Shown here: one piece after another, positions 24,268-41,037 of the stretch | Layout of the letters: each line of letters starts with the position of its first letter | How positions within the stretch are numbered: position 1 is the stretch's first letter | Assembly: GCA_038087875.1 (NCBI GenBank) | Contig: CM075988.1 | Location: 1,736,001 to 1,800,000 of the forward strand | From: Malacoraja senta | Taxonomy: Eukaryota | Direction: 5' to 3' | Length of the DNA: 64,000 nt | The notes under the pieces: model-generated | What the model saw: the letters and a program-made list of their open reading frames with translations, nothing else | Told to the model about the DNA's origin: nothing | Databases searched by the model: none | Position numbers and translations under genes: made by a program

Positions 24268-25512
24268 AAACATAGAAAAATAGTGTAGGAATAGGCCATT
24301 CGGCCTTTTGGGCCAGCATCACCATTCAATCACAAATAAGTACCCCGTTCCTGCTTTTTCCCCATATCCTTTGATTTCCTTAGCCCTAAGAGCTGTATCT
24401 AACTCTCTCTTGAAAACATCAAGTGAATGGGCCTCCACTGCCTTCTGTAGCAGAGAATTCCACAGATTCACAACTCTCTGGGTGAAAAAGTTTTTCCTCA
24501 TCTCTGTCCTGGTTCTGGGCTCCCCCAACATCAGGAACATTTTTCCTGCATCTTTTCCTGTCCAATCCTTCAAGAATTTATATGTTTCTATAAGATCCCC
24601 TCTCATCCATCTAAATTCCAGTGAATACAAGCCCAGTCGATCCATTCTTTCATCATATGTCAGTCCTGCCATCCCAGGAATTAACCTGGTGAACCTACGC
24701 TGCACTCCCTCAATAGCAAGAATGTCCTTCCTCAAATTACGAGACCAAAATTGCATACAATTCTCCAGGTGCGGTCTCACCAGGGCCCTGTGCAACTGCA
24801 GTAGGACCTCCTTACTCCTAAAATTAAATCCTCTCGCAATGAAGGCCAAATGCCATTAGCTTTCTTCACTGTCTGCTGTACCTGCATTCTTGCATGCTTA
24901 CAAGTTTACTGATGTACAAGCACACCCAGGAGGTCTCATTGCACAACAAGGTCTCGTTGCCCCTCCCCTTTTCCTAATCTGACCCCATTCCAATAATAAT
25001 CTGCCTTCCTGTTCTTGCTACCAAAGTGGATAACCTCACATTTATCCACATTATATTGCATCTGCCATGCATCTGCCCACTCACCCAACCTATCCAAGTC
25101 ACCCTGCAGCCTCATAGCATCCTCCTCGCAGCTCACACTGCCACCCAGCTTTGTGTCATCCGCAAACTTGGAGATGTTACATTTAATTCCCTTGTTTAAA
25201 TCGTTAATATATATCGTAAACAACTGGGGTTCCAGCACAGAGCCTTGCGGCACCCCACTAGTCACTGTCTGCCATTCTGAAAAGGACCCGTTAATTCCTA
25301 CTCTTTGCTTCTTGTCTGCCAACCAGTTCTTTATCTATGTCAATACCCTACCCCCAATACCATGTGCTCTAATTTTGCACACTAATCTCTTGTGTGGGAC
25401 CTTGTCAAAGGCACAAAGGCTTTTTGAAAGTCCAGATAGACCACATCCACTGGCTCTCCCTTATCCATTCTACTTGTTACATCCTCAAAAAAGTCCAGAA
25501 AATTAGTCAAGC
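24268..25512 (-). mobile_element. CR1 RT/3' fragment nested in an older + strand CR1 (~23650-25830)
   Basis: GVPQGSVLEP, SKFADDTKLGG, LVRPHLE, NLWNSL motifs. Confidence 0.92.
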
Positions 25513-26103
25513 AGTAATCTAGAGGGCATAAACCTAGTCAAACTTAGTAAAATTATTAGTAAAACTAGAGGGCATAGATTTAAGGTTAGGGGGGAAATAT
25601 TTAATTGGAAGTTAAGTGGCAACCTTCGCTAACAGAGGGTGGTGGGTGCATGGAACGAGCTGGTAGAGGATGCAGTAGAGGTGGCAACAATTAAATTACA
25701 TCTACACGGGGATATAGATGGGAAAGGTTGGGGGGATGTGGGCCATATGCAGCCAAATGTGAGTACACAGCTTGGTTGGCGCGGACAGGTTGGGCCGAAG
25801 GGCCTGTTTGGGTGCTGTATGACTGTGACTCCTGCACCACTCTGTGCATGAAATCTATGGCCATAGCTGGCCCTCTCCTGGTGCCTTGAAGCAGCAAGCA
25901 ATGGCCATCTCTTTAACCTGCACGCTGGTGTGAGTAAGAAATCTCAACACAATGATGAGGGACAGCTCCTGAGGGGAGAACACTGTCAAGGAATTCAGTT
26001 TTCAACTGTGTGACGTATTGAACAGGTACTGTGATGCAAGTCAGTGACAATAGTCACAAGCAAAGGGCCTTCTTGTTGTTACACACAGTGCTATATATAC
26101 TCA

Positions 26104-27108
<1,005 letters not shown>

Positions 27109-27343
27109 CGGCTCCATCAAACCGTGAAACTGAAGAATAACCTCTGTACCAATCAGAGACACTTCCTAAACTCCATTCACATCCACTGGCTGTCCATTGA
27201 ATTCCACAGGTACCGCCTGCTAAACTAAACACACTCACTGTGACCGTGTAGACTTAGTGACCGTGTAGACTTACAGTGAGCCTGTAGACTAAACCTATTC
27301 ACTGACCACTGCTACCCCTACACCAGAAGCTGGACATTGATGG

Positions 27344-27448
27344 ACACAAGGTGCTGGAGTAACTCAGCAGGTCAGGCAGCATCTGTGGAGAACATGGAAA
27401 CTGTCACCAATCAATGTTCTCCAGAGATGCTGCCTGACCTTCTGAGTT
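27344..27448. mobile_element. Fold-back pLTR palindrome
   Basis: aactcagcaggtcaggcagcatctgtggagaacat / atgttctccagagatgctgcctgaccttctgagtt; centre holds gaaactgtcacc, a remnant of the cleavage site. Confidence 0.8.
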
Positions 27449-27526
27449 GCACCTGCATTGTGTATCGCTTTGTGCATTAGCCAGCACCTGCAGTGCCTTG
27501 TGTCTGGGGCTCACCACTGATGGTCA

Positions 27527-27787
<261 letters not shown>

Positions 27788-27789
27788 TC

Positions 27790-28288
27790 ACTCACATTTA
27801 AACCTTTATATTTCACACCTCTTCTCTCCTTATCTGACCTCCCTTTTGCAATTGCTCCACCCATCTGTCAATCATCACCCTCTGTTGTCTCCATCTATCC
27901 CTTGCCAGGATAGACACAAAAAGCTGGAGTAACTCAGCGGGACAGACAGCATCTCTGGAGAGCAGGAATGGGTGACATTTCCGGACGAGACCCTTCTTCA
28001 GACTGAAGAAGATGCAGCCTGTCCCGCTGAGTTACTCCAGCTTTTGGTGTCCATCTTCGGTTTAAACCAGCATCTGCAGTTCCTTCCTACACGTATCACT
28101 TGCCAGGCTTTGTTCCACCCTAAATTCCCTTTTCCAGCTTCCTCCCCCTCCTCCATCAGTCTGAAGACGGGTCCCGACCCCAAAATATTGTCTGTCAACT
28201 CATCCACAGATGCTGCCTGAGCTGCTGAGTTACTCCAGCACTTTGTATTTTCCTCGCAATTCCAGCATCTACAGTTCCCTGCGTCTCC
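27790..28288. mobile_element. Old PLE 3'UTR/pLTR with a nested fold-back pLTR pair (27909-28092)
   Basis: Degenerate hammerheads at ~28002-27974 (-) and ~28161-28190 (+); tcacttgccagg/tcccttgccagg flank the nested piece. Confidence 0.75.
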
Positions 28289-28414
28289 AGGGGTTTCAGG
28301 AGAATCCACTCTATCCAGAAACTGGTGTGAATGTGGAACAACGAGCAAAGATACATTTAAGAAATTAAATTAGCTTATGGTGAGAGTTGACAAAGTTGAA
28401 AGAGGAAGGTTGGA

Positions 28415-29021
28415 TCATTATCCTGGCGGGGAGATTTGCAAAGGCTACTGGGGAGACTTTAAACTAGAACGGTTGGGGGGAAGGGACTCAAATAGAGAAA
28501 GATAGTAGACAGTGTGTGAGGCAGGAGGCAGAGAAGGGAAGCACTCAGACCCAACATGTAGGGGAGAAAGAAGAAAAAGATAATAAACAGAGAATAAGAG
28601 GTGGTGGGTTTCTTAAATGTGTATATTTTAATGCTAGGAGCATTGTAAGAAAGGTGGATGAGCTTAGAGCCTGGATTGACACCTGGAAGTATGATGCTGT
28701 GGTGATTAGTGAAACATGGTTGCAGGATGGCTGTGATTGGAAACTAAATATTCCAGAATTTCGTTGCTTCAGGTGATAGAATTGGAGGGGCACGAGGTGG
28801 AGGTTTTGCATTGCTTGTCAGGGAAGATATTACAGCAGTGCTTTGGCAGGATAGATTAGAGGGCTCGTCTAGTGAGGCTAATTGGGTGGAACTGAGAAAT
28901 GGGAAAGGTGTAGCAACACTTATAGGGGTGTATTATAGACCGCCTAATGGGGAGCGAGAATTGGAAGAGCAAATATGTAAGGAGATAGCAGATATTAGTA
29001 GTAAGCACAAGGTAGTGATTG
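28415..29021 (+). mobile_element. CR1 ORF1 end / ORF2 endonuclease fragment
   Basis: ILAGRFAKATGETLN*; YFNARSIVRKVDEL...ISETWL...GVYYRPP. Confidence 0.88.
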
Positions 29022-29079
29022 TACAAGATGCAGCTGAATCAGTATTGGCTTGTTACACAGTGGGTGAAAACCAGAGTCA

Positions 29080-29664
<585 letters not shown>

Positions 29665-30484
29665 TCACCTCCAAATAACCAACCGCGGGAGTGGAACGAA
29701 TCTTCAGAACTAGCAGGAAATTGTTCCACAGACAGTAACTACAGAAGCCTCAGCAGTGGCGCTGCAGTGTGCAGGTGATGCTTGTGTTTAGCAAGCTCGA
29801 TGGCCAGGTTAGGCCAGCACAGTGGTAGAGCAGTAGCCCAACAACACCAGAGACACAGGTTCAATCCTGACCTCGGGTGCCGTCTGTCTTCAAAACCCAC
29901 CACACAGAAGCTGCCAAAGAAGGTAATTTATTGGTGCTGGTTATCAGACAGACAGAGGAGTGACTGTGGTGACTGAGTGTGTCTCCACTCCTGATATCTT
30001 CAGCAGCCTGGAGTCATGTGAATAAACACTGGAAACACAGGTTCAATCCTGACCTCGGGCGGGTGGTGTCTGTGTGAATGTTGCATGTTCTCCCTGTGTT
30101 CTCAGCAGGGTTTTATCCAGTTGCTGATTGAGTTTGAGGGTTCATTGGTCTTTCGAAATTGCCATGATTGTGTAGGAAGTGGGATAACTAGTGTGAATGG
30201 GTGATCGATGGTCAGCATGGATTCGATGGGCCGAAGGGCTGTGTCTTTCAATTTAATTCAATTCAATGGGATTCTAACTACATGCAGATCTTTGGACCAG
30301 CTTTCTCACACAGTCAGATGACGGGCATTACCTGTAGGTGGGAGTTTCAACATATAACAGGAACTCCAAATACCAGTGTTACAGACCATGGACATCTCTG
30401 GGGCTTACATGACACAAATGCACCTCCGCTAGTGAAAGGCCAGAGGAGCAGAGAAAATAAAATGCCTCTAATTGATAATATATA

Positions 30485-30950
30485 TATAATATAACAATTA
30501 CAGCATGGAAACAGGCCATCTCGGCCCTTCTAATCCGTGCCGAACACTTACTCTCACCTAGTCCCATCTACCTGCGCTCAGACCATAACCCTCCATTCCT
30601 TTCCCGTCCATATACCTATCCAATTTATTTTTAAATGATAAAATCGAACCTGCCTCCACCACTTCCACTGGAAGCTCATTCCACACAGCTACCACTCTCT
30701 GAGTAAAGAAGTTCCCCCTTATGTTACCCCTAAACTTCTGTCCCTTAATTCTCAAATCATGTCCTCTTGTTTGAATCTTCCCTACTCTCAATGGGAAAAG
30801 CTTATCCACGTCAACTCTGTCTATCCCGCTCATCATTTTAAAGACCTCTATCAAGCCCCCCCTTAACCTTCTGCGTTCCAAAGAATAAAGACCTAACTTG
30901 TTCAACCTTTCTCTGTAACTTAGGTGCTGAAACCCAGGCAACATTCCAGT
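30485..30950 (-). mobile_element. CR1 3' end (second subfamily)
   Basis: MLPGFQHLSYRERL...FFTQRVVAVWNELP...GRWD*; near-identical to 57947-58592. Confidence 0.92.
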
Positions 30951-31172
30951 AATTGCTAATAATTAGTAATGATGTAATTAGTGGGCAACTATGTCAGAAT
31001 GAGCACACTACACTGGTGAAAGGATACCCTCTGATGATGACTGGACTAACACAGTGGACTCACAAACTGCAACATTCACCTCTTCTTTGGCAGATTCTTG
31101 GTGTTTGCTTCCACTCCAGTTTTGCGGGTCTGACGTAACGAATGATGCCAATGAGGTAACCACCAGCAGTGG

Positions 31173-31460
31173 TTTAGTTTAGTTCAGAGATACAGCGCGG
31201 AAACAGGCCCTTCGGCCCACCGAGTCCGCACCGACCAGCGATCCCCGCACATTAACACTATCCTACACACACTAGGGACAATTTACACATACACCACACC
31301 AATTAACCTACAAACCTGTATACAGTGTGGAAACAGGCTCTTCAGCCCAACTTGCCCACACTGGCCAACATGTCCCAGCTACACTGGTCCCACCTGCCAG
31401 AAGTTGGTCCATATCCCTCCAATCCTGTCCTATCCATGTACCTGACTAACTGTTTCTTAC
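31173..31460 (-). mobile_element. HE1 SINE 3' half plus CR1 3'UTR fragment
   Basis: (TAAAC)n tail and core; then cagcccaacttgcccaca...ctatccatgtacctg. Confidence 0.8.
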
Positions 31461-31489
31461 TGCCCATTCCCTCACTTTCTCATCAATTA

Positions 31490-32083
<594 letters not shown>

Positions 32084-32164
32084 TTCTTGCACTCAGGCAC
32101 CGACTCATTCCCATCGCTGATCAATCTTTTAATCTCATCCATCTACAGCTGTGAAGCCTCCTCT

Positions 32165-33002
32165 GCAAATGGCAGATGGAGTTTAACCCCACCAAGTGTA
32201 AGGTGTTTGAGGTGTTGAACTTTGGGAAGTGAGATTTAAAGGGAAACTATACAGTTAAAGGCAAGGTTGTTAACAGCACTGATGTACAAAGGGATCTTGG
32301 GGTGCAAGTCCAGGGAAAGTAGCAAGAGTTCAGACGGTGTATGGTACGCTTGCCTTCCTCAGTCAGAGCAATGAGCATAAGAATCCGGAAGTCATATTGC
32401 AGCTTTATAGGACTTTGGTCAGGCCTCATTCGGAGTATTATATGCAATGTGAGGGTGCAGAAGAGGTTTAGCGTGGTGTTATCTACATTAGAGGATTGTT
32501 TTGTCTGGAGCATCATCCCCTGCATGACAAACTGACAGCTAATTTTGTCCAAAGAGCCAGAAAAATTGCAGAATCTCTTGTGTTTCTGATGGAGGATCAA
32601 CACGAGGAATTTGAGCTCTTGAGACGTAATCGAAGTATGGACATAATAGAACTGCAAGAAATTATGAGAGCCATAGACAGAGTAGATGGTCAGAACTTTT
32701 TTCCCCAGGGTGAAAATGTCAAACACCTGTAACATAGCTTTAAGGACAATGCAGGAAGGTTCATAGGAGTTGTGAACGACACGTTTATCTACACAGAGAT
32801 TGGTGGGTGCCTGGAACTCTAGTGGTGGTGGAAAGAGATACGATAGTGGGCTTTTACAGGCTTTTAGTTAGGCACATGGATATGCAGGGAATGGAGTGAT
32901 ATGGATCACGTGCAGAGAGAGGAGATTAGTTTAACTTGGCATCATGTTCGGCATAGACATTGTGGGTAGATGGATCTGTTCCTGTGCTGTAATGTTCTAT
33001 GC
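32165..33002 (+). mobile_element. Old CR1 3' fragment
   Basis: Degenerate WQMEFNP.KC.V, DLGVQV and 3'UTR similarity. Confidence 0.75.
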
Positions 33003-33499
33003 CATGTGACTTTACCCACATACTCCCAATAACATTTGTTATAATGGAACTAATTTGGTCTTAACTACAATAAGAACAGAAAATACTTGACCGAGTACAA
33101 ATACAGATGAAATACCATTTGCGGAGAAAGAAAAACATGGTTAATGTTTTAAGTCAATGATTCTGCTGCTCAACCTGCTGAGTATGTTCAAACAAAGGCA
33201 TAGAGTACTGGAGAATCTCCAACATTTTCTGCTTTCATTGCAGTTTTTTGCTTCTTACCCTGGTCCTGACTATTTCTGGTCCTGACTATTTCTGCCACTG
33301 ACTGGAAGATCTGCAATATCTTTTGATCCGGTCCCTCGCTGGTCACTACACTCACTTTTTCAGGTATGTCGTTGCCTTCTCAAGCCTGAACGAGAAACTT
33401 CCTTGTGAGGACCAGAGGAAATCTATCCTTGTTCGATCTGCAGAGGGGGAGCGAGAGCAGAACTGCACATCAGAGGAGACACAGGTGAGGGACCCATCT

Positions 33500-35392
33500 A
33501 CAGTAGTGAGGGGCGTAAACCTAGTTTACTGAAGAAAGGACATCTCGGATGTCCCGGAGTGGAAAGCTACATCTTGGGAGCAGATTTAGATTTTACTTTA
33601 GTGATATACCACGGAAACAGGCCCACCAAGTCCATGGCAACCAGCAAGCATCCTACACACTAACAATATCCTTCAATTTTACCAAAGCCAATTAACCTAT
33701 AAACCTGTACATCTTTGGAGTGTGGGAGGAAATCGGAACTCCCGGAGAAAACCCACACGGACACAGGGAGAACATACAATCTGCGTACAGACAGCACCCG
33801 TAATTAGGATGAATCCCGAGTCTCTGGTGCTATAAGGCAGCAACTCTACCGCTGCGCCACCGTGCTGCCCATAACTATGCCTTGCAATGTAATAATTTTC
33901 CCAATCATTGTCTCTCCTAACATGACCTTCACGTGACCTTCACTATGTTGGGCTCTATTCCCATCATGCTTGAATGCGATGAGACAGAGAAACTGAAAGT
34001 GATGGCATCCTTGGAAGGGGCAGGATGGGGGGAGGTGTAGTCAAGATAAATGTGGGAGTTGCTGGGTTTGTAGTAGACTTCAGTACATGTTATGTTCCCT
34101 GTGATGGAGAGACAGAAATCGAGGAAGGGGAGAAAGGTGACAGATAGTCTAAGTGAATTTGAGGCAGGGTCGAAGTTGGTAATAAAGTTGTTGAAATCAA
34201 CAAGTTCTGCACGGGTGTAGGAGACAGTCATCGATGTAGTGGAGAAAGAGTTGGAGAATCTTGCCAGGTATGTGTATGGACCAAGGAACGATTAACGTAA
34301 CCAAAAGGGGCGCAGCGGTAGAGACCCAGGTTCAATCCTGACTATGGGTGCTATCTGTTCGGAGTTTGTATGTTTTCCTTGTGACTTGCGTGGGTTTTCT
34401 CCAGGATCTCCAGTTTCCTCCCACACTCCAAAGACATACAGGTTTGTAGGTTAATTCGCTTGGTATTATTGTAAATTGTCCCTTGTGTGTGTGTAGGATA
34501 GTGTTAATGTGCGGGGATTGCTGGTCGGTGTGGACTCAGTGGCCGAAGGGCCTGTTTCCGCGCTGTATCACTAAAATAAACTAAACAAAATGGCATAGCT
34601 GCAGTTCATTTACGTGGCTAGATGTTTGATTTGGCGATAGTGAGAGGAATCATGAGTGATTGAGGGCGAGGACAGGTTGTGCCAGGCAGAGGAGAGTGTT
34701 ATAGAGGGGAGCTGATTGGGTCTCAGTTCAAGGAAGAACCGGAGGGTGTTGAGATCTCCCTGGTGGGAATGGAGGTGGAACGCACGTCCACGGCAAATAT
34801 GAAGTGATGGGGGCCTAGGAATTGAAAGTTATTGAACTGTTGAAGACCATGTGAGGTGAATTGGACATAGATTGGAATGGACTGGACAAAATGGAACAAG
34901 ATAGAATTGAGGTATTTGGAGATTTCAATGGGGCAAAAACAGGCAGAAATAATGGGTCTGCCAGGGCAGTCCTGTTTGTAGATAATAGACAATAGACAAC
35001 AGGTGCAGGAGTAGGCCATTCCGCCCTTCGAGCCAGCACCGCCATTCAATGTGATCATGGCTGATCATCCCCAATCAGTACCCCGTTCCTGCCTTCTCCC
35101 CATATCCCCTGACTCTGCTATTTTTAAGAGCCCTATCTAGCTCTCTCTTGAAAGCATCCAGAGAACCTGCCTCCATCGCCCTCTGAGGCAGAGATCTTGG
35201 GAAGGAGATACAAACAGGCAGAGTGGGGATGGGAAACTGTAGGTTTGGAGGCCGGGGAGGGGGGATGGCCAGAGATGGTGTGATCGGAGGGGGTTTGGGA
35301 GATGATGGTGTGTGGGGTCATGGACAAGGGATTTGTAGGTATGAGGAGGTGTCTGAGAGTTGATGCCTGGTCTCAGCTGGCTTCAACTCAGC
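33500..35392 (-). mobile_element. Degenerate Penelope-like RT fragments interrupted by HE1 SINEs (33586-33870 -, 34310-34585 +) and a CR1 3' end (34985-35192 -)
   Basis: LYLLPKI, KQDCPGRPIISAC, LPFLDF...VYYKPSNSHIYLDYTSPHP PLE RT motifs. Confidence 0.85.
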
Positions 35393-37768
35393 ATGGTCTC
35401 CAGCAAAAAAAAAAGATTCCTTCCTTCACTTTGCAGTATTTTGAAGGGACTATATCTCCAGTGATAACCTGCTTCATTCCTCATCCCAACAAACACAAGT
35501 TATTCACACAATACCTACCCCAACAAGCAGAGAAGATACAACAACTATTGCTTTACCTTCTCACCTAGCACCATGCAAGGCGGAACAGCAATTACTATAC
35601 ACTGTACATTGGAATGGATCATAACGCACAGCATAGGCCCCTCAGCTCACAGTACAGATGTACAATAATCTCCCAATGCAACTGGTGCAACAATCAGTGC
35701 CACCCATTCTACAGTGGGAGGCCCAATGGTCATCAGGGGACTGATTTTGGAAACAACGTCCCTTCATCTCACATATGAACCTTACCTCCTCTTACCTGTC
35801 ACGTGAATTCTCCATTCCTACTCAGTCCTCTCTGTGCTCAGCTTCTGGTCATTGCAGGCATTATATTTATCACATCTAATACCACTTGATACAGATATTA
35901 GATTACAGGACACAAGAAGCAGAAGTCGGAATGGGGCAATTGCCATTCAAGTCTATCCCTGACCTCGGTTTCTCTTTCCTGTATAAATTCTTCTTTTCCC
36001 CTAAGATTTCTAACTGTGTTGCTCTGGATATTTGTCTTGACTATGCTCTGCATCTGTGCCCCCAGAGCTCGTGGCTTGGGAATTACAAAAGTTCATAACA
36101 CGTAAGATGCTAACGTTTCTTCTCATCTGTGTCCTGGCTATCCAACTTCTTATTTCAAGACTGTGACCCCTAGCATTATGAACACAAAGTCAATGTCAAA
36201 TAATGAAACTACATCTCCTATTTCTGTCTTAAAGCTGCCCGTTATTCTGCACCAACTCCTTTACCTTAGGTTTTCATCCTGCGCTCTCAATATTGTCGTG
36301 TGATCTTTCCTTTCCTCCACACTCTCACAGACTCTCCCTCTTATTCCTGTCTGCCTGCATGAATGTAAGAGCACAGGAAGATGTGGTGGCCAGTTACCCC
36401 CCCTTCCACCATCACAGATCTTTTACCCGAGCACCATTTTCCCCACTAACACCGTCGCCTGATTCCCTCAATATAAATAACCTTTCAATGCCTTGAATAT
36501 GTTCAGCAACTTGAGTTTCACATGGCTGAAAATTCCAAAGATTTGTCATCCTCTAGTGTATCTGGTGGAAAATATTTGTCTTTAATTGTCCTGAATGGCC
36601 AACCCCTTATTTTGAGTGTGATCCATGGAACAATGCAGCCCATATAGGGGAGATATCATAAAGTGATACATAGAGTCATACAGCGTGGAAACAGATCCTT
36701 CGGCCCAACTAGCACAATCTTTGCATCCATCGTGTCAAGCCCCTTAAGAACTTTGTTTCCCTTATGTTTCTAACCAGATAGGAGGCCATTCAGCCCATCA
36801 AATCTATTCTGCTTCTCAGAACAATCCTACCACTCCCATTTCCTCCTTGATTTCACTTTAACCTATTCTCTCACATACCATTAACTCCTTCATCTCCAAT
36901 TCTCCTGTATACACTGAGGCATTTCACCTACCGCCCAACCTGTCTTGTTGGGATGTGATGAGAAACTGAAGCACCCGAGGAAAGCACATGCAGTGTTGTG
37001 CAGAATGTGCAAACTCCACATAGACAGCTGCAGATTAAGCCGGGGTTGCGGAAGATGTGAAGCAGCAGCACCACTACCTGCTGCGCCACTGTGTATGCTT
37101 CGATGAGTCTACTGAGAGCCATAGAGTTATACAACATGGAAAAAGGCTCTTTGGTTCAACTGGTTCATGCCACCAAGGTGCTTACCCGAGTTAGACCCAT
37201 TGCCCATAACCCTCTCAACCCCTTCTACCCATGTACCTGTCCAAATGTCCTTTAAATGTTGTTATTGTGCCTGCCTCTGCCTCTTTCTGTGGCATCTCGC
37301 TGCAGATGCTGACCACCCTGTGTGTGAAAACATCGCTCGGCAGGTCCCCTTTAAATCTTTCCCATCTCTCCTTAAAACCTTGCCCCCTACCCTGGGAAAA
37401 AGCCAGTGACTTTGTCTTTGCTCCTCTAAGCAGCCCTCTCTTAAATACATGTCAACCGTACACACTCCAAAGGAAAAAAGCCTTTGCCTATCCAGTTATA
37501 ACAACTTGCCCCCAGTCCCAGTTTCACCTTGTGAATCTTTTCTGCACCTATTCGAGGCTTCTTATAGCTAAATGACCAGAACAGCACACAATATTTCAAG
37601 TGTGGTATCACAAACAATCTGGTCAATTTTAACATTAGTCCCCATTTCTTGTTCTCAGTACATTAACTGATAAAGGCAAGCATGCTAAACACCTTCTTCA
37701 CCATTGTCTAAATATGTCACCACTTTCAGGGATCTATGTATTTGTACTGTGTATGTATCTATGTATTT

Positions 37769-37852
37769 GTCTGAAGAAGGGTCTCGACCCGAAACGTTGC
37801 CTATTTCCTTCGCTCCATAGATGTTGCCTCACCCGCTGAGTTTCTCTCGCAT
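37769..37852 (+). ncRNA. Hammerhead ribozyme motif (intact core, weak stem I) in a short pLTR insertion
   Basis: CUGAAGA-A-GGGU(CUCG)ACCC-GAAA-CG-UU at 37771-37798; stem I only ~2 bp because the insertion starts at the core. Confidence 0.6.
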
Positions 37853-38399
37853 GTATTTGTACCGCTCAGACTCACTGTTCCACTCTCCATTGCCTTGCCT
37901 TTTACTGTGGTCCTTGGGTTACTTTTCCAGATGATCTAGATCCTGTTGTAATCTTATAAATCCTTGTTCACTGTCCACTATACTGCCAGTTTTGGTGGCA
38001 TCCGCAAACATATCAATCATGCCAACTACATTTTCATGCAAATCGTTAATATAGTTGACGAACAACGGTGGACCCATCACTGATCTGTGCAGTAGACCAT
38101 TGGTCCAGGCCTCTAATCTGAAAAACAACTCACCAATTCTTACCACCAAGCCAATTTTGTATCCCGTTCGTGAGCTCATACTGCATGACCTGTGATCTAA
38201 CCTTCCAGACAATCCCAATCACGTGGGACCTGTCAAAGACCTTGCTCGTCCACCTGGACAATGCCCACCATCTTGCCTTCATCAATCTTCTTGCTCGTCT
38301 TTTCAAAAAATTCAATCAAATTTGTGAGACAGACTGACTATTCCTAATGTCCTTCCCTTTCCAAATGATCCTGTTTCTCAGAATCATCTTACCCACCAC

Positions 38400-38801
38400 T
38401 ACAAAGCCCTCAATGGGCTTGCCCCCACCTACATTAAAAGTCTTCTCACCCACCACTCCACCTCCAGGTCCCTCAGATCGGCCGACTTGGGGTTGCTGAA
38501 TATCCCGCGGTCTAGGCATACGCTCAGGGGCGACCGCGTCTTTGCGGTTGCAGCTCCTAGACTGTGGAACAGCATCCCCTTTCCCATCAGAACTGCCCCC
38601 TCCATCGACTCCTTTAAGTCAAGACTAAAGACTTATCTATACTCCCAAGCCTTTCTTGACGTCCTCTGAGCGAGGGCTATATGTATATATGTATGTAGTT
38701 TGTTTGTTTATACTATTCTTATAACAAATGTAAAGCACTTTGGCCAACGAGAGTTGTTTTTTAAATGTGCTATATAAATAAATGTGACTTGACTTGACTT
38801 G
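38400..38801 (+). mobile_element. L2 LINE 3' end
   Basis: RGDRVFAVAAPRLWNSIP...FKSRLKTYLY; (GACTT)n tail. Confidence 0.92.
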
Positions 38802-40325
38802 TTGTCAGGCTCACTGGCCTGTAGTTCCCAGGCTCATCCTTGCACTCCTTCTTAAATAAAGAAACAAAAGTCACCCGTAAGTTTTTCGGTACCTCGCCAG
38901 TAGTATTAAAGATGATACAAATAACTCTGCTGGGGCCCCTGTAATTTCTTCCCAGGCTTCCCATTATGTCCTGGACTACACTTGGTCAGGATGCCAAGAC
39001 TTATCCACCTTTCTGCACTTTTAAGACCACCGGCTCCTCCTCTTTTGGAATGTGGACGTCTTTCAAGATATCACTGTTCTATTTCCTGAAATCCTTAGCT
39101 TCCATGATCCTTTCCACATAAGATACAGAAGAGAACTAGTCATTTCAGACTGCCAGCATGGCCTGGCTCCACTCACTGATAACCACATTCATCCTTAATG
39201 GGCCTTATTCTCCGTTGTTGCCCTTTTGCTCATTAATAGAATCTCCATGATCTGCCACAAGTTATCTCATGGTCTCTTTTTGCCATTGTGATTCCCCTCT
39301 TCAGTTTACTCCGACATCCCTTTTACTCTTCAGTGTTTTTTTTTAACTTCAGCTGCATCAACCCCTCAACCCCTTTTAAACTCTCACTATTTAAGAAAAG
39401 CTCTGCCCTTGTTTGTTTTTCCTGCATCATATTCTATCAGCCATAGTCTTGCCCTCATTTCATTTGTTGCTACTTAAAACTTGTTTTGTCTCCAGATTTT
39501 CCCAGTTGTAACCTGATGAACTTGAAGTATTAACTGTTTCTTTCCCCACATGCTGCGTGACCCGTCATGTTTTATCAGCGTTTTTGATGGTGGCCTCCCT
39601 AAAGAGTCGACATTGCTCTTTGATTCAGTGTGCTCTCTCATCCAATCTGTTGCCAACGATTTTGTTGTAACTATTCCAGAAAATACATCAACGTACAAGA
39701 CATAAATAAATCTTTAATATCTATGAATTATACAAGTAACCCCCCTCCCGTTATAGAGTTTGCGTATCTGGAAAATGGCCTATATTGTGATTTTCAGTAA
39801 CATGAATGCACCATCTACGCATACAAGAAAACAAGTTATTTACCTTCTTTTCACACAAACCCTGTGAGAGTGAATTTACATAATCCAAATGGGCATGACC
39901 CAATGGTTGCCTGCAAAAGTGGATGATGTAGTCATTCTTCAGCAGTCTAACTGTCCCTAGTATCAAGGTTAATTTGCTTTTTCCAATCCATTAGCAAACA
40001 TAGCCTCTCATTACTTTCCTTTAGCTAGTTAATTGTTGCAATGACTTTACAAAAAGGCCAGTACAATCAGCAGATCTGTAAACATTCTACAATGCATTCT
40101 CTGTTCTGCCAAACTCTGACTTCATTTGCTTTTGCTTCCAGCACCTCCACACCATGATATCTCCTCACACCACCTGTGATATCACTCTGAATATCCCTTC
40201 AATTCCCAGTCTATCTTCAGGTCTGTTAACTGGGAATATTTACTTCTAAATGAAGCCAGTTTGTACCTTGGTCTCCACAATGGCCACTGCACTGTACACT
40301 GGAGCCCAACCTGTGTTTCTAATTT

Positions 40326-40812
40326 TGTTTGGTTTAGTTTAGAGATACAGCAGGGAAACAAACTCTTCAGTCCACACCGCCCATCAATCACTCGTCCACA
40401 TTAGTTCTGAGTTATCCCACATTCTTATCCACTTCCGACATACTAGAGGCAATTTACAGAGGCCAATTAACCAACAAACCCGCACGTCTTTGGGATGTGG
40501 GAGGAAACTGGGGAACCTGGTAGAATCCCACGCAGTCACAAGGAGAAGTTACAAACTCCACACAGACAGCACCCGAGGTCAGAATCGAACCTGGGTCTCT
40601 GTCACCATGAGGCAACAACTCTACCTGCTGGTAGACACAAAATGCTGACGTAACTCAGCAGGTCAGGCAGCATCTCTGGAGAGAAGGTAAGATTCCTTCT
40701 CTCCAGAGATGCTGCCTAACCCACTGAGTTACTCCAGCATTTTGTGTTTACCTTTGATTTAAACCAGCATCTGCAGTTCTTTCCTACACAACTCCACCTC
40801 CTGTGCCACTGT
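40326..40812 (-). mobile_element. HE1 SINE interrupted by a fold-back pLTR element (40631-40788)
   Basis: SINE tail/core; insert flanked by imperfect 15-bp TSD caactctacctgctg / caactccacctcctg. Confidence 0.85.
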
Positions 40813-40877
40813 TAATCAATTCATTTCCTATCATATATTTTGTGTGCTTATGAAAAGATCAATGTGGGATAATATAG

Positions 40878-41037
40878 TTGGGGGCTATGCGTGAGTGGAT
40901 AGGGCGGGGGATGGGGTAAAAGGAGCGAATGAATAATATAAATATAATATCAAGGGGGGGGGGGGGTTAGTGTGTGTGGGGGGTGGTTAGTGTGTGTGTG
41001 ATGCCGAAGGCCGTATGTCCCCCCCCCCCCGGTCTAG
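40878..41037 (+). mobile_element. Possible Helitron 3' end
   Basis: G/C-rich segment ending GGTCTAG|T. Subterminal hairpin not clear. Confidence 0.35.

Larger units (their letters stand above)
37120..39300 (-). mobile_element. Old CR1 ORF2 fragments with nested pLTR and L2 insertions
   Basis: PGNYRPVSLT, YINDLHE...MFADATK, VIPHLKYCVLFWS. Confidence 0.8.
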